Shown: positions 39,251 to 54,729 of the stretch, one piece after another
Layout: every line of letters starts with the position of its first letter
Position numbering within the stretch: position 1 is the first letter of the stretch
DNA from: Octopus vulgaris
Lineage: Eukaryota
Assembly: GCA_951406725.2 (NCBI GenBank)
Contig: OX597819.1
Location: 32,674,001-32,738,000 of the forward strand
Reading direction: 5' to 3'
DNA length: 64,000 nucleotides
Notes under the pieces: generated by a model
Databases searched by the model: none
What the model was told of the DNA's origin: nothing
What the model saw: the letters and a program-made list of their open reading frames with translations, nothing else
Made by a program: the position numbers and the translations under genes

Positions 39251-39567
39251 GAAAATATATGTTCATATGTTTCTATTGGTCTCTCCTACTGCTTGACAAC
39301 AGGCGTTGGTTTATTTTCGTTTCCTCAGTTTAGCAGCTCAGTCAAAGAGAACGATTTAATGAGTGCTAGACTTCAAAATAAGTATTCAGTTTGAGTTGTT
39401 CGATTACACCGTCCAGGGAGATCCTCCAGTTTGGCTGTAGTCCAATAACTGAAACAAGTAAAATATAAAAATTATAAACTGCGATAATTCAGAAATATTG
39501 TAATGTTTTCTTGAGTACAATACAATACAAGCTCAGTAGACATAGTGTAGTGAGCTTTAGTATATAT

Positions 39568-40628
39568 TCTTTTCTACTCTAGGCATGAGGCCCGAAATTT
39601 TTGGGAAGGGTGTCAGACTATGCAACTGGTACTTAATTTATCGACCCCCGAAAGGATAAAAGGTAAAGTCGCCCTCGGCAGAATTTGAACTCAGAACGTA
39701 AAGACAAACGAAATACCTATTTCTTTACTACCCACATGGGGCTAAACAAAGAGAGGACAAACAAGGACAAACAAACGGATTAAGTCGATTATATCGACCC
39801 CAGTGCGTAACTGGTACTTATTTAATCGACCCCGAAAGGATGAAAGGCAAAGTTAACCTCGGCGGAATCTGAACTCAGAAGGTAACGGCAGACAAAATAC
39901 CGTTAAGCATTTCGCCCGGCGTTCTAACGACTCTGCCAGGTCGCCATTAGTACTACAACACAATAGGAATGTTATATAGTATTACATACGATAGCTTCTG
40001 TATTTCTATGATTCAAGCCGATATTAGTTTGTTTCAAAAGTATAATAGTTGATTCAGTAGAGATATAGCGTAGGTGGCTTTAGTATACAATATAGAGTTA
40101 CAGCATACGATGGTTTCTATATTTCCGTGATTCAAGTGGATCTTAATGTATGCCTAAAATATATGCCAATATTTTAATATGCCAATATTTTAATACCGGT
40201 TTGAAATTTTGGCACAAGGCCAGTAATTTGGGGGAAGGAGTAAGCTGATTACATCGACCCTAGTGCCTAACCGGTACTTATCTTATCGATCCTGAAAGGA
40301 TGAAAGGCTAAGTTGACCTCGGTGGAATTTGAATTCAGAACGTAAGACCGAACGAACTGCCGCAAAAGCATTTTGTCCGGCGTGCTAAAGGTTCTGTCTG
40401 TTCGCCGCCTTAATAATAATGATGATTATTTCAAATTTTGGCACAAGGCCGGCAATTTCAGGGGAGGAGCTCAATCGATTACATCGGAACCAGTGATCAG
40501 CTGGTACTTAATTTATCGATCACGAAAGAATGAAAGACGACCACGAGGGAATTTGAACTCAGAACGTGAGGACTGAAGGAATGCCGCTAAGCATTTTGCT
40601 CGGCATGCTAACGATTGTGCCAGCTTAC
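39568..40628 (-). mobile_element. Series of SINE family A copies (39568-39946, 40205-40410, 40430-40628)
   Basis: Repeated CTGGTACTTA.TTTATCGA..GAAAGGATGAAAGGC..TTTGAACTCAGAACG. Confidence 0.85.
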
Positions 40629-40663
40629 CACCACCACCACCACAATAATAATAATAATAACAA

Positions 40664-40770
<107 letters not shown>

Positions 40771-42812
40771 TTGCAGCATTTAGTTGTGTCCCTTTCTGTT
40801 TTGTGTTCAAATCCGGCGAAATTCCCCTAGGCGGTTCATCTTTTTCGGATTCGGAATCAAATTTTATGGAGGTTGATTTTATCTTTTATACTTCCAAATG
40901 TTCCAGAACTAAGCATGGGAATCTGCTGGAAGGTGTTAAAAATGAGTATGTATGTTATTGTTTTGATTTTCGCTGTTCTTTATGTATGTCACGAAAAGGA
41001 AACGAAAAATGCAGATTTTTACAAAAAAAAAGATAAACAGAATATTTATGACAATTGAACGAACGGACACAGCTGTAGATATGGACATTTAATCTTTAAC
41101 AGGTACTTGTGAAAGAAGCAAGCAACGGAAGTATTGTAATAGAGAAAGCTTCAACAATAGCAAGTAGTACATTCTTAGAAATATAGAACATGAATCAATA
41201 ACTGCAAGAAATGAAAACATGGAAAAGGTATATTGCAAATGACAGTACCTCTCCATGTTCGAAGAATGCTCCAGGAAAGACAAGTAGGAAGTAACATATT
41301 TTTGTATTTTGTAAAAAAAGCGAGGCGCTTCTATATACTTTCGAAGAAGCAGTTAAATTAATCCACAGTGAGTGCATGGCACGGGATGTGTTCCATCAAT
41401 TAGGGCAAGGTATATCAAAGTGCATCACCAAGTTTTTAGATTGAGGACATAGCAGGAAAACAGGAGAAGTCAATGCACCACATAGCATGTCACTGGGTGG
41501 CGTTGTAGTATATCGGCAGGCAAAAGACAAGGATAACAGCCAGGGACATCGTGCAGAAGATCATTATCAGGCTCTTATCATCACCTTTGCGGTTCAGTAC
41601 CAGTAGGTGGTAATGATAAAGGTCACGTAGAACATCATGCGCTTCAGTGGGGGTCGGCATTGACATGTAGGCCTTGATGTACTTAGAAAACCATACTACT
41701 ATCCCGGTATGGCTTACTATTATGGAAGCAGGAAGAAAGACATTCGAATTGGTGGTGCAGTATAAAAAGCTTTCTTTTTATACGTAGGGCAATCAATGCA
41801 ATTTGATGTCCTATGCCAAGAAGGAGAAAGAATAATAACAAAGGAAAAGATAGGACAACGGACAACAGCAAGCATTAGAAGCGAAACCTATGGCTGCTTA
41901 TATGATACATACATACAAATATGCATGCATCCTACCTATTTTAGAGATTCCAGGAGCATAAGCTTGTCATGGAAGAAGACAAAAGTAAAGCTAACGTCTG
42001 GAAGATTCAAAATCAAAACATAAAAAAAAAAAACAATGAACTAATTACTGCAATGTCTACTGTTCTGCTGATACTGCCTATCACTAAGATGTTTATAATG
42101 CAATAATGAGAAAAATCCAATGAAATAAAGTCGCTAAGGAAGCACAGTCTCGGTATTTCAGCATATCTACCGCTTTCCTTACAGCTTTTAGTTGAAATAT
42201 TGAAAACAAACGGAAAGAAGATCAAAAATAATTATACATTTTCACTGCCGGCTTGTCTTCGTCTCAGATTTTACATTGATTTGTCTTGTTGTTATCTGAG
42301 ATGAAACAACTTTTATTTGCAGATTTATTTATTGTTTTATTTTTCTCTCTTCTTTATTTAAATCATAAACATAATATTGGAACGATGCTACATAAAATGT
42401 GATTACAGTCATGTTATACACGAAAACTCAGGCACAGGGCGTCAGATGATACTTGGTCGTCTGCAGATGTCACCAACAAAACATTGCTGCTAAGAAAACA
42501 AGTCGGCTCGCTTGCAACTTAATAGGACAAAAAAGAATCGGCAGTGTTCTGAGAAATACCACTGTTAGAAGACATGGCGTCAACAAAACTGCTAACAACT
42601 CCTAACTCGATTAAAAATTATTAAAAAAAACCTTCAGCGCATGAGAATAACGGGAAACATATTATCAAAAAGAAAAAGAAAACATCTCCTCTAATATGCT
42701 GCTGCTGCAGATGATGATGATGATGGTGACGGTGACGGTGATGAGGATGATGATGGACAGAAACTACATTTAGACTGAGGACCTGACTGAAGTGTTTCTA
42801 ACTGAGTCTATT

Positions 42813-43115
42813 GTGGAGGCACATGGCCTAGTGGTTAGAGCAGCGGACTCGCGGGTTCGAATCTCAGACCGGGCGATGTGTGTGTTTATGAGCGAAAACA
42901 CCTAAGCTCCACGCAGCTCCGGCAGAAGATAATGGCGAACTTCTGCTGACTCTTTTGCCACAACTTTCTCTCCCTCTTTCCTCCTGCATCTTGTAGCTCA
43001 CCTGCGACGGACCGGCGTCCTGACCAGGTGGGGAACCTATACGCCAAGGAAACCGGGAAACCGGCCCTTATGAGCCAGACATGGCTCGAGAAGGAACAAA
43101 CAACAACAACAACAA
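42813..43115 (+). mobile_element. tRNA-derived SINE with (AAC)n tail and 8-bp TSD
   Basis: TSD AGTCTATT at 42805-42812 and 43116-43123; TGGCCTAGTGGTTAG A-box and GGTTCGAATC B-box; head related to the 26113-26425 SINE but different tail. Confidence 0.9.
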
Positions 43116-45311
43116 AGTCTATTCCACTAAAAACACCAAACAACAAGGTGAGCACTAAACTGAGTGATGTATTGTGTTGTGTAACATAAAGCGTTCAATG
43201 AATTAATGTTGTAGATGCAAGGTCAGTCGACAAGTATGCGTAATACTTGAATGTCTGGCGTAATAGGTAGAACGATAAAGTTTACAAATTTCTAAATTAA
43301 ATTAGTCTTCTGAATTTTGCCCAGTGACTTCAGGCAATATAATGTTAATGTCGCTGTTTTTTCTTCCATTCAGGTGTTTTTGTAATATATTATTAATGTC
43401 AACATAATTGAGTCTATTTTATGTGCTCTCTGTTTTATGAGTTTTTTTGATATTGTCTTCATCGATTAAATAACTATGGTACATGTAGTTCATATAATAT
43501 ATTTTTTATCATATATTTGCTTTTACCAATCTTTGTTTTGCTGTATTCATTGTGTTTAAATTGTTTCTGCATTGTTTAACTGTTAAAACTCCTAACTTAG
43601 ATGTATTTCTGTTAGGTGCACAGTCAATGATATAAACCTCGCCCACGACTTCACTACGACCAATGTTATCGAGCCTATAAGGCACGTTATCAATTGTACG
43701 TATAAAAACGATTTAAAACTTAGATTCAACATCAAACATTTGAAGCTGTGGGTGATGTCAATTAAATTAATCCAAGTGCTTCAACTTCTTTCAGACAATT
43801 TGAGTTCACAACAGTTCATGTTTAAAATTCTTGCACTCCACATACATGAACGAATCAAATGTCTAAAAGCAGGAGTTATTTGTCGTTGACAAAATATACC
43901 AGCGATTAATATACTTACGTCAAAATATATTTATGCTTTAGTAATCGAATTTGTTGATAGCTTGTTTGGTAGCTAGTACTCCTCGCTCTATCAGGATTGA
44001 TAATACTGAATTACTAGTAAATAATATTTCAAAAATGTAAAATCTAAAAGTAGTCAACCTTTTTCCCAACCTGAAGGAATGGAACGTTACTCCAAATATC
44101 TTCAGTAAAACAAAATAGGTTTTTACACATCCAGTTAACGTGGAAGAACGCACCGCTTTTCCGAAACAGTGTTACAGGCAGCCTTTTATAACAAACGCCG
44201 CCACCACCTTTAACAACAACAACAACAAACGTTACCATGTCTATTAATACAGTATTATTACTATATGTATCAATAATAACATTGCGTAACACAATTTTTG
44301 TCCTTGGTTAGCAACTGTTCTTTCCTATTTGCTTAACCCTAGAATGTAGGAAAACTGGCCAATATCTCCTTCGAACTTTGCTTTTGTTACATTTATTCAA
44401 TCTCCAAAGAATCCCTCCCAACACACGGCTATGATGCTCCCCCACTACTCCTACTCATCATTAGAGGTGCACATGTTATCAACCACAATGGGGTTAAGGC
44501 CAAGCAACTGACAAGCAAATCTGTGGTATTGAACAGAATATTTGATATGACAATATTTCTGCTTCAGTAACTCAGTGCTGAATCTGTTTGAAATGTAATG
44601 GAAAATAGGTGAGTTTCAAATCATTTATGTCCAGGTCCTGAAAGCAAAGTTTAAAGGGAATAATAGTCATTTCCTCTCATTTCTAGATAGAAGCAAATAG
44701 GAAATAACACTTACTGACCAAAGGCAAAAGAAATTAAATTTCGTTACACAGTGTTATTCATTATACAGGCGTATGCGGCGACAAAGTATCCATATATACG
44801 CCCAAATATGAAAAAACAATTGAACACGTACAAGTAACAAATAACACTCAGATTTTTTACATACATCCACACGTAAATGCAGAACTTCCCTTACATTGAA
44901 TGAGCATAGAAAATTATGGAAATAAGCACAAAATGTTAAGTAATTTAATAAAGTTTTGTTCAGCGACTACGACAGAATAAGAAGGATATTGTTTACACAT
45001 TGTTTTTATTTAGTCAATGTTTTAAACAGCCTTTATAATGTTTGTAGGCTTTATTTTCATCTTTTTTTCCCGCCTATTGTTGACATATTTTTTTAGAGTG
45101 TTGGCTAGTCATATGTTTCTCGTTGGTTGTTCACGATATTATGTTGGATGTGTGAAAACAATGACTACACAAAAATTTAATCAAGTTTTCAAATATTCTA
45201 TTGACCGCATCGTTTAAATTTACATGTCTATATATAAATAAATTAATGGAACAACGCGCATGGAACAACGAGCATAACACAGAGGAACCTTCTCTAATAC
45301 GACGTAATACA

Positions 45312-45521
45312 TCTTTATATATAAAAGTCAAGTTGTGTGTCTGTCTCCTACGATTTAGATTCCTAACTACTCCCACAGTTTGCGGTGCAGTTTAACCAAA
45401 ACCGGGTATCTTATAGTCGTGATTCATATCGAGCCCTTCTGGGTATTGGCTATAACTCTCTAAAAATGCTTATATAGTTATTTCCCTTACAAACCCGAGC
45501 GACGCCGGGCGATACTGCTAG
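45312..45521 (+). mobile_element. Non-autonomous Helitron (short)
   Basis: A|TC start, 3' CCCGAGCGACGCCGGG hairpin, CTAG|T end; last roughly 75 bp shared with 24471-24856. Confidence 0.85.
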
Positions 45522-45696
45522 TTATCATATGAAAACAGTGCACTGTTGTTGTGGTGGTTGTTAAAGCGATGAGCAGATATAATCTTTAATACGACCAATA
45601 AACTACACAGCAACATTTCCTTCGGCTTTACGTTCTGAATTTAAATCTTGCCAAGGTCTCATTTGCCTTTCATCCTTTTGCCAAAATTTGATATTA

Positions 45697-46066
<370 letters not shown>

Positions 46067-46072
46067 ATACAA

Positions 46073-46530
46073 AGGTGGCGAGCTGGCAGAATCGTTAAGC
46101 ACCCCGGGCGAAATGCTTAGCAGTATTTCGTCCGGTCTTACGTTCTGAGTTCAAATTCCACCGAAGTCAATTTTGCTTTTCAACATTTCGGGGTGGATAA
46201 ATTAAGTAACAGTTGCGTACAGGTGTCGCTGTAATCGACTTACTCCCTCCCTTCCCCCAAAATTTGAAGCCTTGTTCTTCCAGTTGAAAGAATTATTATC
46301 ATTTATCTCTTTTTTAAGGCGGTGATCTGGCTGAATCGTTAGCACGCCGGGCGAAATACATAGCGGCATTTCGTTTGCTGCTACGTTCTAGGTTCAAATT
46401 CCGCCGATGTCAACTTCACCTTTCGTCCTTTAGAGATCGATAAATTACGTACCAGTCAAGTACTAGAGTAGATGTGATCGATTATCGCCCTCTCCCCCAA
46501 ATTTCAGGACTTGTGCTTTTAGTAGAAAGG
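46073..46530 (+). mobile_element. Tandem SINE family A pair
   Basis: GGTGGCGAGCTGGCAGAATCG and GGCGGTGATCTGGCTGAATCG heads. Confidence 0.9.
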
Positions 46531-46592
<62 letters not shown>

Positions 46593-46630
46593 CATTATTA
46601 TCATTATTATTATTATTGCTATCATTGTTG

Positions 46631-46686
<56 letters not shown>

Positions 46687-46690
46687 GTTA

Positions 46691-46730
<40 letters not shown>

Positions 46731-46783
46731 CATTATTATTATTATTATCATTATTATTATTATTATTATTATTGTTATCATTG

Positions 46784-46836
<53 letters not shown>

Positions 46837-46843
46837 GTTATCA

Positions 46844-46878
<35 letters not shown>

Positions 46879-46903
46879 GTTATCATTGTTATTATTATTA
46901 TTA

Positions 46904-46964
<61 letters not shown>
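46531..46964. repeat. (ATT)n microsatellite, about 430 bp
   Basis: Directly visible. Confidence 0.97.
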
Positions 46965-46965
<1 letters not shown>

Positions 46966-47179
46966 TTCTTCTTTCAATTTTGGTTCAACTCCTTACCGAG
47001 TGTCTTTCCAAAACCTAGGGCAACGAAGTTCATTGAAAACATTCGTAGGCCGTTAAAATAAATACAGCAAACCGTTCATTTATCAAGTCATGTGATAGGA
47101 AGAAAAAGGGAAATATGGCAGAGGAAAGAAGGAAAAAATGAAAACGCAAGGAAAATAAAAAGGAAAAAGAAAGAAAATT

Positions 47180-47465
47180 GTGCTTCTCAGTATGTGTAAC
47201 GTACCAGTTAAGACAATTTTTTGCACTTTCTGCATGGATAGTAAGCTAGGGATCACTCTCAAATAATTTTCAGTTCCCTTCTTTATCATCTTAAATACAC
47301 CTACAATCTTGAAATGCCACATTTCCTCGATTTCAATTAGCAGATCTTTATATTTTCTGAGCTTATCAAATTCTTTTGCCGAGATATGGTCACAGGCTAT
47401 GCTCATGTCAATCAATAAACCAGATTTTATTGCTTTGGTCTTTCACAACATAATCTGGTTTATTA
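47180..47465 (-). mobile_element. R4/Dong-type LINE RLE C-terminus
   Basis: KPDYVVKD..IDMSIACD..KEFDKLRKYKDLLIEIEEMW..VQKIVLTGTLHILR. Confidence 0.8.
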
Positions 47466-47472
47466 GCTTTGA

Positions 47473-47537
<65 letters not shown>

Positions 47538-47562
47538 TATAATTATTATAATTATAATTATA

Positions 47563-47601
<39 letters not shown>

Positions 47602-48152
47602 GAGTGAGTGAGTGAGTGAGAGAGCAGTGCATACTATCAAAGTGACAATGGGGTAAAATTTACGAAGCCCAGTATAACCATCATCACTACCCGTCTCGTT
47701 AGGGTGCACCAGACACCTGCATCACAACTACATGTGCGCTAAATGGTGATCTCATATCAAGATAAACATCGTATGACTTTGCGGGTAGAGCCCAGGATGA
47801 GTAGTCCAGCCGCTCAGAAGACGAACAAAAGAAGAAAAGGAAAAGGAGACAACACACACAAAACAACACCACCACCAAAACCCGAGTGAAGCACAGATCA
47901 AAATAGCTAGTCTATAATAATAAACGCGAAATCTTAACTGTCCGCTCGGGACCTCAGTATCTCAGTCTACATTTGCTCTACATAGACATATTATACATAT
48001 AATATCTTTTTGAAATCAAGATAATCCCAGGATTGAAAATATGCACTTTATTTGGTCCTTGAACATCCAGCACTGGGATCAGGTCTGGATGAGGATTTGT
48101 TATATGGAAACAGTTAAGTATTCAAATTTTAAAAGAATTCCTAAAATTTGTG

Positions 48153-48174
48153 AAACTGAAAGAAGCCTGTCGTA

Positions 48175-48212
<38 letters not shown>

Positions 48213-48428
48213 TGTGTGTCTGTGTTTGTCCCCCTAGCATTGCTTGACTACCGATGCTGGTGTGTTTACGTCTCCGTCACTTAGCGGTTCGGCAAAAGAG
48301 ACCGATAGAATAAGTACTGGGCTTACAAAGAATAAGTCCTGGGGTCGATTTGCTCGACTAAAGGCGGTGCTCCAGCATGGCCGCAGTCAAATGACTGAAA
48401 CAAGTAAAAGAGTAAAGAGTAAAGAGTA
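48153..48428 (+). mobile_element. SINE family B 3' portion
   Basis: CGGTTCGGCAAAAGAGACCGATAGAATAAGTACT..GAAACAAGTAAAAGAG. Confidence 0.9.
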
Positions 48429-49274
48429 AGACTGAATATGATAGTGCACATGTATTATTTTATGAATACAATGACTCTATCTCGATGAGGTACTTTAATC
48501 ACATCACACAATGTCAGATCAAATTAGTTATGCACAAAAACAACCTGTGATATTAATGCAACGAGAGAATCACTAACAGGTCAGTCTGGGTAGTCTTGCC
48601 ACAAGCATCACGCCATATATGTTGCTTTCTTCTAATATATAAGAAGAGAAAATTTCACCTAAAGACGGGGAGAAACGGTCGTTGCGAAACCACACGGCTC
48701 TATGTTAGTGTCTTGTCAATGTTAATTTAAGCATTCATTTTTCTGGGATGTATAACATTGGGGTAAATAACCAGACTGATATTAGTGCAACACCTAGCCA
48801 CTAGCTTCGGCAAGTAATCGAATGTATCGTCGTCACTACAGACCAGATGTACATATTAGATACAACAAAAATAACTTTCATATCAATATTAAGAAGAAGC
48901 AATCTTAAACCTGAAGCAAAAATATTAAAATGAATAGTAACTAAATAACCAAATAAATTATAAATAATAACATGAAGAATAATGATATCAACGACGCAGC
49001 AGTTTTTATATTTTACAAAGGGAAAAAAGAATAAAACAAATTATACTCAAAATTTTAGACATATTTTGATCAGGTACATTTTGATGTAATTATTTACGAT
49101 ATTTCGTTTTTGTATTTGGTTTGCAAGATTCTTGACAAGAATACTTATGCTCGAGCAAATTTTGTTGTGTCATGGGAAAGTCACTACGCCAATAATAATA
49201 ACACACGCACGGGTTCAATTTCACTTCTTTATTATTATTATTATTAGTAAATTATTATCATTAATGAATTAGTG

Positions 49275-49505
49275 AATTGATCGTTTGTTTAACGTGTTAG
49301 TTAAAAAATCAATCGGTTTGTTCGTCAAAGTTTTTCGTCGCTTCCACGATCTTTACAGTAGCCTTATTTGCTCCAAGGCCTGTTTTCGTTGGAGCGATTA
49401 GGGAACTCACGGGTCACTAAAAAGGTGGCGAACAACGACGAAAGTACTCTGATGAACAAACAACATTTGATTGTTTAAGCAACATATTAAACAAACAATC
49501 GATTA
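49275..49505. repeat. Imperfect inverted repeat, MITE-like or fold-back
   Basis: GATCGTTTGTTTAACGTGTT..TTTGTTCGTCA..TTTCGTCG versus CGACGAAA..TGATGAACAAA..AACATATTAAACAAACAATC. Confidence 0.65.
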
Positions 49506-49519
49506 GTTTAATCGACTAT

Positions 49520-49835
49520 ATAGTCGATGTTACATGTCCCTTTGCTCCTCCTAATTACGAAATAGTCCGGCTATGGAAAATGAAGAAGGTGAAGATAGTA
49601 CCAATTATGGTTCGGTCTTTGGAAACAGTATCAGAAGGAATAAAGGTTAATATAAAGGAAATTGAAATAGAATGCCCAGTCGAATTGTTTCAAAAGGTTT
49701 ACCTCCTTGGTACGGCCAGAATACTCGGGAAAGTGTTTGCTGAAAAGAATGGATAATATGGTACCGTAGGCTGCAGGTAGCAAGCCCGCTACGCGTGTAA
49801 GACTCCAGGAATTCGAGCAAAACTTGTGATAAAAA
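49520..49835 (+). mobile_element. R4/Dong-type LINE 3' fragment
   Basis: IVDVTCPF..EIVRLWKMKKVKIVPIMV..FQKVYLLGTARILGKVF, followed by an (AAC)/(AAT) tail. Confidence 0.8.
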
Positions 49836-49883
49836 GAAATAGCAACAACAATAGCAACAACAACAACAACAGCAACAAACAGC

Positions 49884-49924
<41 letters not shown>

Positions 49925-49944
49925 TAATAATAATGATAATAAGA

Positions 49945-50495
49945 TAGAAAGGATTGTCCATTGGATACTGTGCAACAGGTATGGACTTGACAGAGCCAAA
50001 AAATTACTACGAACATAAACCTGAAGGCATCACCGAAAATGATAATGCAAAGATCCTATGGGATTTTATGATTCAGTGCGACCATAAGATAGAGAATAGG
50101 TAGCCAGAAATAGTATTAATTGAGAAAGAAAGCAAACAATGCTGGATCAAAGATATAGCATGCCCAGCTGACAAAAAGGTATGCGCTAAGGAAGAAAGAA
50201 AAGTCAATAGATATGACAGGTTTGCTCGGGAGATTAAGCAGTTCTGGTCGCTGAAAAAGGTGGTAGTAGTACCAATAAATGTCGGAACCCTGGGAACAGT
50301 GAGTAAAACTCTTGAGAAATACATGGAACAAATAGGAACTGCAATAAGAATGAAACACTTGCACAAAACAGCACTGCTTGGAACCGCTCGAATATTCCAA
50401 TAGTGCTCGAAAAATAAGGGGTGTTACCTTAGTTCACTGGTAGTGAACAGCTGACACGGTAGTACACCTCCAGCGTTAGAAGCTATGCAAAGACA
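49945..50495 (+). mobile_element. R4/Dong-type LINE 3' fragment (RLE domain)
   Basis: IVHWILC..YEHKPEG..KILWDFMIQCDHKIENR*PEIV..KDIACPAD..VVVVPINVGTLG..KTALLGTARI; flanked by (AAT)n. Confidence 0.9.
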
Positions 50496-50519
50496 ATAAA
50501 TAACAACAACAACAACAAC

Positions 50520-50563
<44 letters not shown>

Positions 50564-50579
50564 CAATAACAACAACAAG

Positions 50580-52215
50580 AGGGGCATCCCGCGTGAGCTA
50601 GGATCCAAAAGAGCTTTGTCAGCGTATGCGGACGATGTCACTGTGATAGTATCGGATGTCTCTGAAATAGAGATAGTCGGCACTCCGCTAAGGGAATACG
50701 AAGCGGTGATAGGAGCAATGATTAACCAGGAGAAATCAGTGGGCCTGCAGCTCGACACTTGGACAGCTAGGTCCATACCGACCGGCAGCGTTGTGGGGGC
50801 TGGGTGGAAGAACCGGTTAAGTTGCTCTGGGTCTAGTTTGCTCCGGACCTTCAGGTAGACAAGAACTGGGGCGTGGTGACAGAGAGGGTGGCCAATCTCG
50901 CCTAGAAATGGGCCGAGAGGAAGATGACGGGCGGGATAGTGAATGAATGCATTGCATCCGTCATAAACTACCGTCTGGCTGTCGTTTCTTGCCTCACTTC
51001 GTGGCTAAAGAGGCTGGTGCACTTGCTCTTCTGCTTCTTGTGAAAGAGAAGGGTACCACCGCTTGTCAGACGGTCCATTTGCTGTTAGCACCCGCTGCGT
51101 GGAAGACTGGTCATGCCGTGGCTGATGATGCGCAGGCATGCGCTGCGGCCGCGACATTTCAAGCGTTACCTTAGCGGTGAGCATGTGTGGTCGCCGTTTG
51201 TTAGACACGCTTTTCCGCTGCTCGTCTCTTTGACGGAGCTAAAGTCCTGGATCAGGCGTAGACCGAAATTGGGCGCTTGACACCTAGTGTCTCCAAGCGT
51301 TCACGGCCCTCAGCCAGTCGGGCAATGCCGTCCATGGAAGTTCCACCTTTGAGTTTTATAGGGGATTAGTGGAAGGCAAGAGTAACGACGATCTCGGAGA
51401 GACTCTGTGCGTTGGGAGGGATCAACTGGCTGGTCTCTTCTAGAGAACATTCGGGCCGGGGCCTATGGATAATCTGCAGAAAGCACTAGCCTGGCAGCGC
51501 TACCGGGGGGCGATGTCGCTGCCGCTTCGTGATAAGCTCTACAAACAGTCTTGTCCGTAGTGCATCCGGAGCGAGAAAACCGTTGTGCATGCACTAATAG
51601 TGTCTGCTCATTGCTGACATGTGGAGCTTCGTCGAACAGTTATTGTCAAGTGTAGGACGGATCCGGCTATCGTCAGACTCTATCGTGAAAATTGCCTTGT
51701 CTCCTTCCTTTGGCCGGGAAGGAAAAGCAGTTTTTCCCTGTCTGGTGTCTTTGACGAAAGAATTTGTATGGTGAACGCGATTGAAAGGGTTGAAGACGGG
51801 TACCTTCCTCTTTGGCCAAGGCCTCATTGACATTTTCATGTTCCACCTGAAAATGAAGGAAGGTGAGACTGCAGAGGGGGATGCTGTTATCCAATAAGTT
51901 TGTCGAAAGGTGAATGAATGTAGTAAGGATGGCACGTGTGAATGGGCCTACTCTAAACGTGCGCCTGTTGGCCGGATGGAGTGAGGAGGAGAGGGGTGCC
52001 TACCTGAGATGCCTTGGTGTTAGGAGACCAAAGTGAGTGAGGTTGTTTTGGTCACCACTCGGTGGATCTCCCCCTATTGGGGAATTATATATAGGTGGGT
52101 TATTTTCCTTGTTAATTGTTGTGTTTTGCTGTTTACACGTATGACCACACTGTCCCTAGTCTGTGGATTGTCCATTATGTTTTGTGTTCGGCCGTTATGA
52201 CCAATAAAGTAAGTA
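50580..52215 (+). mobile_element. Decayed 5'-truncated Tx1/L1-clade LINE
   Basis: SAYADDVTVIVSD..YEAVIGAMINQEKSVGLQL; collinear with 60701-62065 but has many stops; AATAAA at about 52203. Confidence 0.9.
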
Positions 52216-52624
52216 TTATTATTATTGGCATAGTGACTCTGCCAAGACACAACAGAATTTATTTATTATAATTTCTAAACATTATCGCTGTTCTTGCTGT
52301 ACCTTCGACGATTCTATTCTAATGTTAGAGTGTAAAAGAAGCTTTTTAATCACGAGAAACAAGTTAAAATGTAAGTTTATTGAGATGATTATTCTCTCCA
52401 TTAGACACACAAAAAAAAATCTTCAATTTCTTCACATTGAAACAGAAACAGGTTGGCTTTGCCTTTCATCTTTCCAGGATCGATATAACAAGTGTCAGTC
52501 GTGTTACTGGAATCGATTCCATTGATTATACAACTCTTCACTAAGTTTGGAGTCTGGAGACAGAGTTACTTAATAATTCTTTACTTTTTATTTGTTTTCA
52601 GGCGCAATAAAAAGAAACATTGCA

Positions 52625-52795
52625 GATAGAGAAAGAAAGAGAGAGAAGGAAAGAGAGGAAGAGTGAGAAGGAGAGAGAGAGAGAGGGAGAGAGAGAGGCA
52701 GAGAGAGCTCGGGAGAGAGAGGAGGAGAGAGAGGGGCTGAGAAAGAGAGAGAGCGTGCGGGAGGGAGAGGAAGAGAGAGAAAGAGAGAGAGAAAT
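52625..52795. repeat. (GA)n purine-rich tract
   Basis: Directly visible. Confidence 0.9.
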
Positions 52796-53871
52796 GTGAG
52801 GTGAGGAAAAGTTAGAAAAAGATGAAGGAATGGATTATTTTGGAAGTAAAATTTTCAGAACATGAACAAGGTAAGCTCTACATGGCTACTCAAGTTGCTA
52901 TATATATAGCAGACAGATTTCATCAAATCATACCCTACCCTTAAAAAAAAAACAAAAAACAAAAAAAAAAACTAATAACAAATACTGCTGACATCGTCAT
53001 TTCTTATATGATCATCATTCACTTTTCTGTCGTCTATCATCAAACATCACGTCATTATTTTCCGTTGATATATAATGTAACATACACGAAATTCTGTGTG
53101 TGTGTTAATGTGTATGTAAATAGATGTGCGTTATACTTATATACATTGAAACATACATATATTTGAGATTAATTGTAGTCATTTGTCTAAACTAACACTA
53201 ACGGTAGCAGCAGGAGAACGAATGTTTCATGTCCACTGGCCATTCAATGCAGGAGTTATTATTACGAAAAATGTAACCGCATATGGATTTTTTTTTCTTT
53301 GTAAGTGTGGTTAGCGTGTTAAAAGAAATTTGAAATAATGTTTTAAAATTTGCGTTGATTTGTTTTAAAATTTGTATTTTCGTCATTCACCTTTTAGGAA
53401 AATATTACTAAAAGAAAAAAAAATGTGCTTTCAAGAAAAAAAATCTCAGAATGATATATTAACGTAGTGAGAGTTATATTACCTCAAGAAGGATGCAACA
53501 AAGTCGAAATGAACTGTGTTCTCAAAATTTATGTCAAAATCCTTCTGGTACTACTGACAGAATATTTTCTACAGAGTAAAAATATGTAAAGTTCAATGAG
53601 CCGTTAGTAATAATCGATCTTGTTCCCTCATTCTAAGCAAGGTAGACTCAGATGTCATTTATATTTTTCATTAATTGTACTTCTTTCCGATGCCTCGATT
53701 CTTTACTTGCTCTCTACATTCATAGAGACAACACAACAGGTAGAACTCGGAAATGGTTAGGTAAAAAGCTACACACGTGCATGTCATAGAACATAGACAC
53801 ACACACTCACACACGCGCGCACACATACCTGCACGTGTACACTTTCATATTATATATATGTACTCCTTATT

Positions 53872-54434
<563 letters not shown>

Positions 54435-54729
54435 TTATTTCAAAACTTTTGCCATAAAGGCATGATACAGAGTAGCTTGCGGGCTAGACAAAGACATGAT
54501 GAGGTTAATGATGATAAGGATGATATAAATGGGAGAACACAAAAAACGCCCGCCAATTTTCTGCTTCTCTAAAACATTATTCTCTTCTATTTTTCCACAG
54601 AAAAAGACAAAACGAGGTAATGAACCTCTTACTTCAGTTTTACAAATTTTTGGACTAATAGTTCAATTAAGAATTGGGGCGTTAAGCCTCTTAAACACAA
54701 TAACATGCAATAAACATTAAACAGTGTAT

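Noticed and set aside
40907-40945. Possible micro-exon (ttccag|..ATGGGAATCTGCTGG..|gtatgt)
   Set aside because: Splice-like signals only; such matches are expected by chance in 64 kb without transcript evidence.
41100-41850. Possible decayed CR1/L2 fragment
   Set aside because: No motif could be read with confidence.
49436-49462. CGAAA..CTGATGA hammerhead words; also CTGATGAAAC at about 24562
   Set aside because: Order and spacing do not allow the three stems to form.
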